DNA of 64,000 bases from Candidatus Avimonas faecium (GCA_904419005.1 CAJFQI010000004.1:783-64782); one strand, 5' to 3'. Counted from the first letter of the stretch, positions 16,118-25,727 are shown. Notes: generated from the letters alone by a model not told the origin. Program-made: numbers and translations.

Positions 16118-17809
16118 TTACATTGATTCAGGCGCGTCGATTTTCAGCAGGGCCAGGGCGTTTTCAAGCGTGACCCGCGTCGCGGCGCAGAGCGAAAGCC
16201 GCGCCTGCATCAGGGGCTCCTCCTCCCCCTTGACCCGGCAGGTGTTATAAAACTTGTGGAAGAGGGTGGCGAGCTCCAGGCAGTACCGGGTGATCCGGGC
16301 CGGCTCGTAGGCCTTGGCTGCCGCCACGATCTCGCCGGTGTAGTCCGCCAGATGCCGGATCAGCGCCTTTTCCTCCGGGGAGGTCAGCCGGGCGAGTTCC
16401 GCCTTGCCGCACGCGCGGGGGGCGATCCCCTCGGCGGCGAGGTTTTTGAAGATCGAACAGATGCGCGCGTGGGCGTACTGCACATAATACACAGGGTTTG
16501 AGGAGGACTGCTCCACCGCCAGGTCGAGGTCGAAATCCATCTGTGTGCTGGCCTCCCGCATATTAAAGAAGAAGCGGGCGGCGTCGACCGGCACCTCGTC
16601 GAGCAGGTCGGAAAGCTGGATGGCCTTGCCGGAGCGCTTGGACATCCGGACGACCTCGCCCCCCTGCATCAGCCGGACGAGCTGGATGAGCACGACGTGC
16701 AGCTTGCTGCCGTCCAGGCCGATGGCGTCCATCGCGCCCTTCATCCGGGCGACGTGGCCGTGATGGTCGGCGCCCCACACATCAATGCAGGTATCAAACC
16801 CGCGCTCAAATTTGTTGCGGTGGTAAGCGATGTCCGCCGCGAAATAGGTGGGGTTGCCGTTGGCGCGGATCAGCACCTCGTCCTTTTCGCCGCCGTTTTC
16901 GCTGGCCTTGTACCAGACGGCGCCGTCCTTTTCGTAGGTCAGCCCCTTTGCCGTCAGCAGATCAACCACGGCCTTTACTGCCCCGCTCTTGTGCAGGGAG
17001 GATTCAAGGAACCATTCGTCGTAGACGATCCGGTATTTTTCCAAATCCCGGTGCATCCGCTCAATGTTGAGGGGCAGGGCGTAGGCGACCAGGGCCGCCC
17101 GCCGCTCCTCGGCCGGGGCGCTGAGGTATTTATCCCCGTAAAGGGCGGCAAAATTGGCCGCGTGCTCCCGGATGTCGTCGCCGTGATAGGCGTCCTCCGG
17201 GAATTCCACCGCGTCCTCCCCCTTGAAGTGCTGGATATACCGCGCTTCAAGGGAGATGCCGAATTTTTCAATCTGGTTGCCCGCGTCGTTGACGTAGAAT
17301 TCCCGCCATACCTGGTAGCCGGCGGCGTCCAGCACCGAGGCCAGGCAGTCGCCCAGCGCGCCGCCCCGCGCGTTGCCCATATGCATCGGGCCGGTCGGGT
17401 TGGCCGAAACAAATTCCACCATCACCCGCTTGCCCTTCCCGAAATCGGAGCGGCCGTAGCGCTCCCCCTGCGCAAGCACGTCCGCCACCACGGCGGCGTA
17501 AAACGCGGGGGAGAGGAAGAAATTCAAAAAGCCGGGGCCGGCGGTCTCCGCCCGCTCAAAATAGGTGCCGTCCAACGCGAGATGGGAGAGGATGCACTCC
17601 GCGATCTTGCGCGGGGGGAGGCGGAACGCCTTGGCGGAAACCATCGCCGCGTTGGCGGAAAAATCGCCGTGCGCCCGGTCCCCCGGGACCTCAACGGCAA
17701 AGGCGGGGATCGGCTCGGCGGGCAGCTCCCCGGCCGCGACGGCTTCCCCCAAAGCGGAAAGCACGGCTTGCCTTAGCTGCTCTTCCGCCGTTTCTACGAT
17801 TTTTGACAT
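16118..17809 (-). CDS. argS: arginine--tRNA ligase
   Basis: 563 aa. It has class I motifs (SANPTGPMHMGNARG as the HIGH region, MSKRSGK as KMSKS) and an N-terminal Arg-tRNA-binding domain. Confidence 0.97.
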   Translation of the reverse strand: MSKIVETAEEQLRQAVLSALGEAVAAGELPAEPIPAFAVEVPGDRAHGDFSANAAMVSAKAFRLPPRKIAECILSHLALDGTYFERAETAGPGFLNFFLSPAFYAAVVADVLAQGERYGRSDFGKGKRVMVEFVSANPTGPMHMGNARGGALGDCLASVLDAAGYQVWREFYVNDAGNQIEKFGISLEARYIQHFKGEDAVEFPEDAYHGDDIREHAANFAALYGDKYLSAPAEERRAALVAYALPLNIERMHRDLEKYRIVYDEWFLESSLHKSGAVKAVVDLLTAKGLTYEKDGAVWYKASENGGEKDEVLIRANGNPTYFAADIAYHRNKFERGFDTCIDVWGADHHGHVARMKGAMDAIGLDGSKLHVVLIQLVRLMQGGEVVRMSKRSGKAIQLSDLLDEVPVDAARFFFNMREASTQMDFDLDLAVEQSSSNPVYYVQYAHARICSIFKNLAAEGIAPRACGKAELARLTSPEEKALIRHLADYTGEIVAAAKAYEPARITRYCLELATLFHKFYNTCRVKGEEEPLMQARLSLCAATRVTLENALALLKIDAPESM

Positions 17810-17905
17810 GGGAATCCACCTTTCTCTATAGGCGCGCCCGTCCCACGGGCCCGCCGTTTTCCTTTTCCCGGCGGCTTGTCCGCCGCCGCATACCAGTTTC
17901 CTTTT

Positions 17906-18343
17906 TCATTGGGGAGGCGCTTCCCGCACCGTGACGTAGATATCGTGGGAGGAAGCGATCCCCGCGTTGATATCCAGGGTGTAGTGGAAATCGAGCGTCC
18001 CGCCCTGGTCGGCCAGGCCGATGTGGATGGCGCGGGCGTAAACCCCCATCGTCAGGCAGCCGTAGCCGGTATCGTAATTGCATAGCGTGCGCTTGCCCTT
18101 CTGCAGCACCAGCAGGGAGTTCATGGCGCCCTGCCGCTCAAGCGTCACCAGGTCCGGCTGGACCGACAGGCAGGTCGTGACCCCTTCCATCCCGATCGAC
18201 ACGCTTTCGTCGTAGGTCAGCCGGAAGCCGCGATCGGTGCGCTCCATTATGCCCGTCGTATTCAGTTCGACCGTGTCGCTTTCCCCGTCCAAATGCTGGA
18301 TCCCCTTGATCGAAATCCAAACCGGCTTCCCGTTTTCCGGCAT
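17906..18343 (-). CDS. DUF1934 domain protein
   Basis: Trimmed to ATG 18343, giving 145 aa. It has the position directly upstream of argS and the beta-rich sequence typical of DUF1934 in Firmicutes (recollection of synteny). Confidence 0.6.
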   Translation of the reverse strand: MPENGKPVWISIKGIQHLDGESDTVELNTTGIMERTDRGFRLTYDESVSIGMEGVTTCLSVQPDLVTLERQGAMNSLLVLQKGKRTLCNYDTGYGCLTMGVYARAIHIGLADQGGTLDFHYTLDINAGIASSHDIYVTVREAPPQ

Positions 18344-18434
18344 GACGCCGCCTTCCCTTCTTTGCCCTTTTCCGTCCGGCGCTTCCTGCGCGGGCTCCCT
18401 AACGCCGCGGGGTGAACCGCAGCGGGCTCCGCCT

Positions 18435-19265
18435 TCATCGTCGCTCGGGGCAGTCCACCTGTTCAATATCGAGCGTATGCACCTCGCCGGTGATTTCGCA
18501 GCCCAGGAACATGGACGCCACCTTGGTAAAATCCTGCGGCCGGTCGGTTACATAAAAATGCAGCTGCCCGCCCTGCGCTTTGCCGCTGAGGGCGCCCTCC
18601 TGCCGGAGCCGCCGCTCGCAGTCGGCGGCCGCCGTTTCCCCTGCGTCAATCAGCGCGACGTTTCCGCCCATGATGTCCCCAATGATCGGGGCGAGCAGGG
18701 GGTAGTGGGTGCAGCCCAGAATCAGGGTGTCCACCCCCGCTTCCCGCAGCGGCGCCAGATACCGCCGGGCGGTCAGGATCGTCACCTCGTCGTTTCGGTC
18801 AATCCAGCCGTTTTCGACCAGCGGGACAAACAGGGGGCAGGCCTGCGGGAAGACGGCGGCCTCCGGCATCTGCTGCCCAATCCGCCGCTGGTAGGCGCCG
18901 GAATGGATGGTGGCCTGGGTGCCGAGCACGCCGATCCGCTTGCTGCGGGTGGCGCGCACCGCCGCATCCGCCGCCTGCTCCACTACGCCGGAGGCGCGTA
19001 CCGGCAGGCGGTCCAGCACCTGCGGCACCACCGAGCTGACCGTGCCGCAGGCGGCGATGATCCGCTTGACGTTTTTGCCGAGCAGGAAACGGCAGTCCTG
19101 CCGCGCATATTTTTCCAGGGTCTCCCGGCTCCGGTTCCCATAAGGGACCCGGCCGGTGTCGCCGAAGTATACGATATCTTCGCCGGGGAGGCGGCGCATC
19201 AGCTGACGTACCACGGTCAGCCCTCCAAGCCCGGAGTCGAATACGCCGATTGGCCGGTTGTCCAT
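18435..19265 (-). CDS. murI: glutamate racemase
   Basis: Trimmed from the 506-aa track ORF to ATG 19265 (MDNRPIGVFDSGLGGLTV). The catalytic Cys motifs AACGT and LGCTHYP are present. Confidence 0.93.
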   Translation of the reverse strand: MDNRPIGVFDSGLGGLTVVRQLMRRLPGEDIVYFGDTGRVPYGNRSRETLEKYARQDCRFLLGKNVKRIIAACGTVSSVVPQVLDRLPVRASGVVEQAADAAVRATRSKRIGVLGTQATIHSGAYQRRIGQQMPEAAVFPQACPLFVPLVENGWIDRNDEVTILTARRYLAPLREAGVDTLILGCTHYPLLAPIIGDIMGGNVALIDAGETAAADCERRLRQEGALSGKAQGGQLHFYVTDRPQDFTKVASMFLGCEITGEVHTLDIEQVDCPERR

Positions 19266-19604
19266 ACAGTGTTTGCCCCTTTTCTCTTTGCTTGCCCGCC
19301 CTTTCCGTAAAAGCGGGACGTGGCCGCCGGTCCCCGGCGCACGGGGAACCCTCAAGCCCGCCGCGGGCGCGGAATGGACGGCCCGCATCCTATGCCTATG
19401 CGGCCTGGCCGGGGAATATGTCCGGATGGGGAGCCCCCCGCCGGCCTGCCTGCGTTTCAAGGCTTTGCCGATCCCGATATCCGCGGGCGGCTGTGCGCCG
19501 CGGCACCGGCCTCCGCCCGCTTCCGGAGGAAACCGGGGAGCGGGCAGCCGGCAACAGGCTGGGATGAACCGGGGAGGCCGGAGCGGATGAAGGAAGTTCC
19601 TATT

Positions 19605-19633
19605 ATCATACCATACCCGCGCCGAGATGGCAA
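19605..19633 (-). promoter_or_regulatory. sigma-A-type promoter about 330 nt upstream of murI
   Basis: Minus strand: TTGCCA (19628-19633), 17 nt, TATGAT (19605-19610) with an upstream TG. Confidence 0.4.
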
Positions 19634-19781
19634 CGGTTTTGCGGGCAAAGCTGGGGCAAATCCAGCGGAAAAGGGGAGTGCCCTTGCGCCCGTCCCCCGG
19701 AAGCAGCCGGCATCTGGGCGACGGAAAGGGAAACAGGGGCGATCCTGCGGTAGGGAGGGGCTGTCGGCGCAATAACACAAG

Positions 19782-19810
19782 GAGATAACATATAAAGAGA
19801 TAACATATAA
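19782..19810. repeat. tandem 14-mer (2 copies, 15-nt period) in an AT-rich islet
   Basis: gagataacatataa occurs at 19782-19795 and again at 19797-19810. It sits in an otherwise GC-rich non-coding region of about 960 nt. Confidence 0.9.
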
Positions 19811-20011
19811 TGTAATAAAAAGAATGGCAAAGGATGGCGGCCCTGCCCAATCCATCCGGAAGGAGCACGCCGCCCAGGGGGCGCTGCCCTTCCCAGCCGT
19901 AACCGGAAGGATTATGCGGGCCTGCCGCAGGCGAATCGGCTGAAACGGCATCCAAACGGCACCCGCCGGATCAAAGAGGGAAATTTTTTTCCCCGCCCGC
20001 CTTGGGACCCC

Positions 20012-20040
20012 TTGACCCTGGACAAGAACTGTGCTATAGT
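20012..20040 (+). promoter_or_regulatory. sigma-A-type promoter of rpmG-secE-nusG
   Basis: TTGACC (20012-20017), 17 nt, TGcTATAGT extended -10 (20035-20040). This leaves a leader of about 180 nt before rpmG. Confidence 0.55.
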
Positions 20041-20224
20041 AGATAGTACCTCATTGGGGGCTTTTATTTTTGTGCCCATTTTTCGGCGGCCGCGTCCTGT
20101 TTTGCCGCCCGGAAAGGGCCGGTACGCCCCCGGCGCGAGGGAGGCCAGGGCTTGTATGGCCGCCCGGCGTCCGCCGGCTTGCCGACAAAGCCCTAGAAAA
20201 TCCGAAATTATTGGAGGTGCCGTT

Positions 20225-20374
20225 ATGAGAGTGAAGATCACCCTGGCCTGCACGGAGTGCAAACAGCGCAACTACAACACCATGAAGAACAAGAAGAACG
20301 ACCCTGACAGACTGGAGATGAACAAGTACTGCCGGTTCTGCCGCAAGCACACGCTTCATCGCGAGACGAAGTAA
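20225..20374 (+). CDS. rpmG: 50S ribosomal protein L33
   Basis: 49 aa after trimming: [49 protein letters not shown], with CxxC...CxxC zinc knuckles. GGAGGTG SD lies upstream. Confidence 0.95.
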   Translation: MRVKITLACTECKQRNYNTMKNKKNDPDRLEMNKYCRFCRKHTLHRETK

Positions 20375-20464
20375 GGCCGCGCCGTCGGGGCGATGGCTCC
20401 GCTTTGCAGGAATGCCGTTTGTTGGGACGCCGGCCGTCCCCGGCAACGAAAGGAAGGGTCCGTA

Positions 20465-20752
20465 ATGGCTGACGAGAAAAAGCTCTCCGCCGTGGAGGAA
20501 ACCGGCGGCAAGGCCGCCAAGGCGGAAAAAGATGCGAAGCCCGCCAAGGAAAAGAAACCCGGATTCGGCAAGAAGGTCGCAAAGTATTTCCGCGACTCCA
20601 AAGGCGAGTTCAAAAAGATTATTTGGCCGACCCTGCCGTCGGTCGTGCGCAACACCGGCGTGACGCTGGCGATGTGCGCGGTCCTCGGCGTGCTGATCTG
20701 CGTGTTCGACCTGGGCCTGTCAAAATTGATTGACCTGCTGGTGTCGCTGTAA
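20465..20752 (+). CDS. secE: preprotein translocase subunit SecE
   Basis: 95 aa after trimming. It has a Lys-rich N-terminus, then FKKIIWPT and a single TM. Its position between rpmG and nusG is conserved. Confidence 0.9.
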   Translation: MADEKKLSAVEETGGKAAKAEKDAKPAKEKKPGFGKKVAKYFRDSKGEFKKIIWPTLPSVVRNTGVTLAMCAVLGVLICVFDLGLSKLIDLLVSL

Positions 20753-20785
20753 TCCTCTGCCGGCACAGGGAAGGAGGATTCACCG

Positions 20786-21307
20786 ATGACGGAAGAAGCG
20801 AAATGGTATGTGGTGCATACCTATTCCGGCTATGAAAACAAGGTAGCCACCAATCTGGAAACGATTGTCGAAAACCGCAAGCTCCAGGACTGGATCAAGG
20901 AGATCCGCGTCCCCACCGAAACCGTCGTGGAGATCAAGGACAACAAAAAGCGCGAGGTCGAGAGGAAGATTTTCCCCGGCTATGTGCTGGTCAAGATGGT
21001 CATGACCGACGAGTCGTGGTATGTCGTGCGCAATACGCGCGGCTGCACCGGCTTTGTGGGGCCCAACGGCAAGCCGGTCCCCCTGACGGAGGAGGAAGTC
21101 GCCGCCCTGGGCGTGGAGAAGCGGGAGGTCGAGGTCAATTACAAGGTGGGCGATACCGTCCATATCGTTGACGGCCCGCTGGAGAACTTCTCCGGCGTGG
21201 TGGAGGAAATTGACCTTGAGAAAAACAAAGTCCGCGTTACCATCTCCATGTTCGGCCGCGAGACGCCGGTGGAACTGGAGCTGGACCAGGCGGAGCTGAT
21301 GGAGTAA
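20786..21307 (+). CDS. nusG: transcription termination/antitermination factor NusG
   Basis: 173 aa with WYVVHTYSGYENKV, FPGYVLVKM and a KOW motif (VGDTVHIVDGPLENFSGVV). Confidence 0.97.
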   Translation: MTEEAKWYVVHTYSGYENKVATNLETIVENRKLQDWIKEIRVPTETVVEIKDNKKREVERKIFPGYVLVKMVMTDESWYVVRNTRGCTGFVGPNGKPVPLTEEEVAALGVEKREVEVNYKVGDTVHIVDGPLENFSGVVEEIDLEKNKVRVTISMFGRETPVELELDQAELME

Positions 21308-21455
21308 TCCGTCCTACGCCTTACGGCCGGCGCGCTTTGGGCGCGGCCGGTCTCCCCTGCCGGGCGGGGCCCGGCCCCGGACGCAGGTCCGGCTGTGGGA
21401 GGAGCGGCGGCAAGCCGCTCCGCCATCTACCACAATCTTTGGAGGTGCATGAAAA

Positions 21456-21881
21456 ATGGCTCAGAAAGTAACCGGGTACATTAAATTGCAGATTCCGGCG
21501 GGTAAAGCAACGCCGGCGCCCCCTGTTGGTCCGGCCCTCGGTCAGCACGGCGTGAACATCATGGCTTTCACGAAGGAATTCAATGAACGCACGAAGAACG
21601 ATGTGGGGCTTGTCATCCCTGTCGTCATCACGGTCTATGCCGACCGCTCCTTCACGTTCATCACCAAGACCCCCCCTGCGGCGGTCCTGATTAAGAAAGC
21701 CTGCGGCATTGAGACCGCGTCCGGCACGCCGAACAAGACCAAGGTCGCGAAGATTACACGGGAACAGGTCCGGAAGATCGCGGAAACCAAGATGCCCGAC
21801 CTCAACGCCGCCAGCATTGAATCGGCCATGAGCATGATCGCCGGCACGGCGCGCAGCATGGGCGTGGAAGTCGTCGATTAA
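21456..21881 (+). CDS. rplK: 50S ribosomal protein L11
   Basis: 141 aa with [28 protein letters not shown]. Confidence 0.98.
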   Translation: MAQKVTGYIKLQIPAGKATPAPPVGPALGQHGVNIMAFTKEFNERTKNDVGLVIPVVITVYADRSFTFITKTPPAAVLIKKACGIETASGTPNKTKVAKITREQVRKIAETKMPDLNAASIESAMSMIAGTARSMGVEVVD

Positions 21882-22045
21882 GGGAATCTGTTCCGGGTGG
21901 GAGGATGGCGTGAAAGGCTGACTTTCACGCGAAGAAACGGCGGCCCCTCCGGCTGACCGTTTTTCCCCGGCTGTCACGGGCTTAGCCCCGCGGGCGGCTT
22001 CACAGCGGAATTCCGATTTTACCACTCAACAGGGAGGATATGTGA

Positions 22046-22738
22046 ATGAAACACGGTAAGAAATATGTCGACAGCGCGAAGCTGTTCGACCGGTCAAACC
22101 TCTTTGACGTAAACGAAGCGCTGGACCTCGCGGTCAAGACCGGCAAGGCCAAGTTTGACGAGACGGTGGAGGTCCATGTTAAGCTGGGCGTTGACAGCCG
22201 CCACGCCGACCAGCAGGTCCGCGGCGCGATCGTCCTGCCCCACGGCACCGGCAAGTCGGTGCGCGTGCTGGTGTTTGCCAAGGCGGATAAAGCGCAGGCT
22301 GCGACGGATGCCGGCGCCGAGTATGTCGGCGCGGAGGACATGGTCGCCAAGATCCAGGGCGGCTGGATGGATTTCGACGTGGTCATCGCCAGCCCGGATA
22401 TGATGGGTATGGTGGGCCGCCTCGGTAAGGTGCTCGGCCCCCGCGGGCTGATGCCGAACCCCAAGGCCGGCACCGTGACCCCCGACGTGGCCAAGGCGGT
22501 CACCGAAGCCAAGGCCGGTAAGATTGAGTACCGCCTGGACAAGACCAATATCATCCACTGCCCGATCGGCAAGGTGTCCTTCGGCGCTGAAAAGCTGCAG
22601 GAGAACTTTGAAGCCCTGATGGGCGCGATTGTCCGCGCCAAGCCGGCGGCTGCGAAGGGCCAGTATGTCCGCTCCTGCGTGGTCGCGACCACGATGGGCC
22701 CCGGCATCAAGATCAATCCGAGCCGCTTCAGCGCGTAA
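22046..22738 (+). CDS. rplA: 50S ribosomal protein L1
   Basis: 230 aa with [15 protein letters not shown] and [11 protein letters not shown]. Confidence 0.98.
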   Translation: MKHGKKYVDSAKLFDRSNLFDVNEALDLAVKTGKAKFDETVEVHVKLGVDSRHADQQVRGAIVLPHGTGKSVRVLVFAKADKAQAATDAGAEYVGAEDMVAKIQGGWMDFDVVIASPDMMGMVGRLGKVLGPRGLMPNPKAGTVTPDVAKAVTEAKAGKIEYRLDKTNIIHCPIGKVSFGAEKLQENFEALMGAIVRAKPAAAKGQYVRSCVVATTMGPGIKINPSRFSA

Positions 22739-22784
22739 GCGCCTCCGGCTTGCACAAACCCTTGACGTATTTTCCCGCGGGGGC

Positions 22785-22813
22785 TTGACAATTGTCAGCC
22801 CTTGCGGTAAAAT
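22785..22813 (+). promoter_or_regulatory. sigma-A-type promoter of rplJL
   Basis: TTGACA (22785-22790), 17 nt, TAAAAT (22808-22813). The -35 lies inside the near-palindrome gggcttgacaattgtcagccc. Confidence 0.55.
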
Positions 22814-22937
22814 ATTCAACGCTGTTCTTCCGCAGACAGCAGGTATCGGTTTCCCGATGTAAAGGCTTATGCCGCCTGCCGAGGACGAGGGCCTGGTTCC
22901 TTCCGCGCGGTGCGGAGGGAGGATAGTGTCTATGAGT

Positions 22938-22972
22938 CTTCCTGCGGTTTTCGGCCGCAGGAAGATTTTTTG
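22938..22972 (+). terminator. attenuator hairpin of the L10 (rplJ) leader
   Basis: Stem cttcctgcgg / ccgcaggaag followed by aTTTTTTg, about 50 nt before the rplJ start. This matches the transcription-attenuation L10 leader known in Firmicutes (Rfam L10_leader). Confidence 0.6.
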
Positions 22973-23019
22973 TTCCGGAGAAAGACAGCGTGATTTTTAT
23001 TCCGGAGGTGAATTCTACA

Positions 23020-23550
23020 TTGCCTAGCGAGAAGATTTTGCAGCAGAAGCAGGAGTATGTCGAGCAGCTGGCGGAGAAGCTGAAGAGCTCTGTGGCTGGC
23101 GTTATCGTCAGCTACAAGGGCATCAACGTTGCCGACGACACCAAGCTGCGCCGTGAGCTGCGGGAGGCCGGCGTGCATTACGCCGTCGTCAAGAACACCA
23201 TGCTCCGCCGCGCCGCCGAAAAGGCGGGCCTCAGCGATCTGGACTCCGTGCTCGAGGGCTCTACCGCGCTTGCGCTGAGCGAAAGCGACCATGTCGCTGC
23301 GGCGAAGATCCTGAGCAAGTTTGCGGAAACCAACAAGGCGATTGAGGTCAAGGCCGGCTTTGTCGAAGGCAAGGTCATCGGTAAGGACGCCGTGGGCGAG
23401 CTGGCGAAGATGCCCCCGAAGGAGGTCCTGGTGGCCAAGGCCCTCGGCGGCTTGAACGCCCCGATTTCCGGTTTTGTCTGCGTGCTCAACGCCAACCTGC
23501 GCGGCCTGGTGGTCGCCCTGAACGCGATCGCCGAGCAGAAGCAGGCGTAA
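23020..23550 (+). CDS. rplJ: 50S ribosomal protein L10
   Basis: TTG start at 23020, 9 nt after GGAGGTG (the track ORF begins at an upstream in-frame GTG). Sequence reads PSEKILQQKQEYVEQLAEKLKSS...GINVADDTKLRRELR. Confidence 0.93.
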   Translation: MPSEKILQQKQEYVEQLAEKLKSSVAGVIVSYKGINVADDTKLRRELREAGVHYAVVKNTMLRRAAEKAGLSDLDSVLEGSTALALSESDHVAAAKILSKFAETNKAIEVKAGFVEGKVIGKDAVGELAKMPPKEVLVAKALGGLNAPISGFVCVLNANLRGLVVALNAIAEQKQA

Positions 23551-23670
23551 CCCCGGCGGCCCAGCGGCCGCTCCGCCGTTTGACGGCGCATCGTCCCGGC
23601 CCTTGGGTGGCCGGCCGTATCATACGGTGCGAATCCGCACCGCAAAAATGAAAAAATGGAGGATTTTACC

Positions 23671-24054
23671 ATGTCTGACAAGGTTCTGAAGCTGATTGAA
23701 GATGTGAAGGCCCTGACCGTTCTCGAGCTGTCCGAGCTCGTGAAGGCTCTGGAAGAGGAATTCGGCGTTTCCGCCGCCGCCCCGGTTGCGGTTGCCGCTG
23801 TGGCGGCCCCGGCTGACGGCGCTGCCGCTGCTGCCGAGGAGAAGACCGAGTTTGACGTTATCCTGGCGGAAGTCGGCGCGAACAAGATCCAGGTTATCAA
23901 GGCGGTCCGCGAGATCACCAGCCTGGGCCTGAAGGAAGCCAAGGAACTGGTTGACGGCGCTCCGAAGGCTGTCAAGGAAGGCGTGTCGAAGGACGACGCC
24001 GAGGAAATGAAGAAGAAGCTGGAAGAAGCCGGCGCGAAGGTCGAGCTGAAGTAA
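23671..24054 (+). CDS. rplL: 50S ribosomal protein L7/L12
   Basis: 127 aa after trimming. It has an Ala-rich hinge and the C-terminal [23 protein letters not shown]. Confidence 0.98.
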   Translation: MSDKVLKLIEDVKALTVLELSELVKALEEEFGVSAAAPVAVAAVAAPADGAAAAAEEKTEFDVILAEVGANKIQVIKAVREITSLGLKEAKELVDGAPKAVKEGVSKDDAEEMKKKLEEAGAKVELK

Positions 24055-24072
24055 TTCCCGCTTTGTCCGCAA

Positions 24073-24113
24073 AGCCGCCCGGCGGATCCAGGATCCGCCG
24101 GGCGGCTTTTTTG
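24073..24113 (+). terminator. rho-independent terminator after rplL
   Basis: 17-bp stem agccgcccggcggatcc / ggatccgccgggcggct followed by TTTTTT. Confidence 0.85.
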
Positions 24114-24243
24114 TGTTGCTGACATATGCTGGAGCGTCCCGGTACACGCAGACGGGCCCGGGAAGAGGCAGCATCCTCGCCCGGGCCCGCTGTTGTCCGC
24201 GGCATCCGGGCCACCTCGGCGGGCGGCACCGGATCGCCGGGAA

Positions 24244-25113
24244 TCATCCTTGATATTCCGTGATTTCAATGCTGGTGATCGTTACGTCCTCAACCGGCTT
24301 GTCGTTGTCGTCGGTCTCAACCGCCGCGATGGCGTCGACGACGTCCATCCCTTCAAACACCTGCCCGAAAACGGTGTGGCCTCCTGAAGCACGCCAGGCG
24401 CCGTCAAGATTGATGTTGCCGCCGTTCTCCTCGTACAGCTCCCACACCTCGTCCGGGACCAGCCGGCTGTCCGGGGCAATGCCGCCGTTGTCCGCAATGA
24501 AATCGTCCGCCGTGGGATAAATCTTTGTAAAGCTGTCGCCGTAATACACGGAATACTGCTCGTATATGGACTGATAGCTGGCATACAGCGTATCATAATC
24601 GTAATCGGCCTTGTCAAAGGAATCCGGGCCGGCCTGGTTGATAAAGAACTGGCTGCCGTTGCTATCGGGGCCGGCATTGGCCATCGCCAGGGAGCCGCGC
24701 AGGTTGAGCAGCTTCTGGTCAAACTCGTCCTCAAAGCCTTCGCCCCATTTGCTCTTGCCGCCGGTGCCGTCCCCGTCCGGGTCGCCGCCCTGGATCATGA
24801 AATCGTTGATGACGCGGTGGAAGGTCAGCCCGTCGTAATAGTCCTGCTTGGCCAGGTCGGTAAAATTCTCCACCGCCTTGGGCGCTGCCTCCGGGAAAAA
24901 CCGGATAGCGATATCCCCCATGCTGGTGTGCATGATGGCGATGGTGTCGCCCGGCTCCGGCATATCCAGCTGGAAGCCGACCTCCTCGTCGGCATAGACG
25001 GTGCTGACGTTGTTGGCCGCCGCGCCGGGCTCCTCGTCCTTGGAGCAGCCGGCCAGCAGCGCCGCGCCGAGCAGCAGGGCGGAAAGCGCGGCAAAGGTAC
25101 GTTGTTTTTTCAT
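24244..25113 (-). CDS. cyclophilin-type peptidyl-prolyl isomerase, lipoprotein
   Basis: 289 aa. The lipobox is LLAGC (MKKQRTFAALSALLLGAALLAGCS). The cyclophilin core reads [15 protein letters not shown]...GSLAMANAGPDSNGSQFFI. Confidence 0.9.
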   Translation of the reverse strand: MKKQRTFAALSALLLGAALLAGCSKDEEPGAAANNVSTVYADEEVGFQLDMPEPGDTIAIMHTSMGDIAIRFFPEAAPKAVENFTDLAKQDYYDGLTFHRVINDFMIQGGDPDGDGTGGKSKWGEGFEDEFDQKLLNLRGSLAMANAGPDSNGSQFFINQAGPDSFDKADYDYDTLYASYQSIYEQYSVYYGDSFTKIYPTADDFIADNGGIAPDSRLVPDEVWELYEENGGNINLDGAWRASGGHTVFGQVFEGMDVVDAIAAVETDDNDKPVEDVTITSIEITEYQG

Positions 25114-25727
25114 AGGTTCTCCTTTCCTGTCCGGGCCGGATGCCGGCCCGTCCCGCCTGCCGCCAAGGCCGCCCGGCGGCAGATCGGCGGCCGCTGCCGG
25201 TCAAGGCGCAGAAAGCGGTTGAATTCCTGTATCTCCTGGGCCTGCCGGGCCAGAAAAGCCCGGCCCTCGCCGGTGCGGGCGATCTCCCGCCCCGCTGCCC
25301 GGACGGCCCGGACAAAGCGGCGGTCCAGCGGAACGTGCCGCTGAAGCCGCACCAGCGGGCAGACCCGCCAGGCGCGGGGGTCGTAAACGGCGCGGATCCG
25401 TCCGTCCGCATCAAACGCGGGGAAGAGGGGGAAGAGCCGGCAGGCCAGAGGACGCTCCTCCCGCCGGCAAGCGCCGGAGCAGACGTAAAGCCGGTCGGAC
25501 CCCGCTTCTACAAGGGAGCCGCCGGCAAGGCCGTGCTCTCTGCGGAACGCTTCCTCGCCCGGGAAAAGCCGCATCCCGCTGGGGGCGCCCTCCTGTCCCT
25601 GGGAAAGATCCCGGCAGCAGGCGCCGCCGCACACCTGCCCGCAGTCCGCCGGAAGGGGCGTAAGATGGTCAAATAAGGCGTAAAGCGCCTTATAATTGAT
25701 ACGATCAGTAAATTTTATCAAGCTCAT
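25110..25727 (-). CDS. YkgJ/UPF0153-like cysteine-cluster protein (CxxCxxCC)
   Basis: 205 aa with CGQVCGGACC near the N-terminus and further Cys pairs (CSGAC, ACRLFP). ATGA overlaps the downstream PPIase, and TAATG overlaps the upstream PPIase. Confidence 0.6.
   Translation of the reverse strand: MSLIKFTDRINYKALYALFDHLTPLPADCGQVCGGACCRDLSQGQEGAPSGMRLFPGEEAFRREHGLAGGSLVEAGSDRLYVCSGACRREERPLACRLFPLFPAFDADGRIRAVYDPRAWRVCPLVRLQRHVPLDRRFVRAVRAAGREIARTGEGRAFLARQAQEIQEFNRFLRLDRQRPPICRRAALAAGGTGRHPARTGKENL

Noticed and set aside
19850-19915. A CCGGAAGGAGCA motif resembling the SRP RNA helix-8 GGAA tetraloop region (UCCGGAAGGAAGCAGC), with a second CCGGAAGGA 47 nt downstream.
   Set aside because: The invariant GGAAGCAGC 3' strand is not matched (GGAGCACGCC instead), and the CAGGUCC 5' partner is absent. 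SRP RNA is too conserved in this segment for that to be tolerated.
18435-19955. Long N-terminal extensions in track ORFs: murI as 506 aa, trxB as 409 aa (1668-2897), PPIase as 300 aa (25727-26629), rsmA as 381 aa, the kinase-like gene as 642 aa and the DUF512 gene as 491 aa.
   Set aside because: The extensions are Pro/Arg/Gly/Ala-rich, overlap neighbouring genes or promoters, and lack SD sequences. In each case an internal ATG preceded by a good SD starts exactly where family homology begins.
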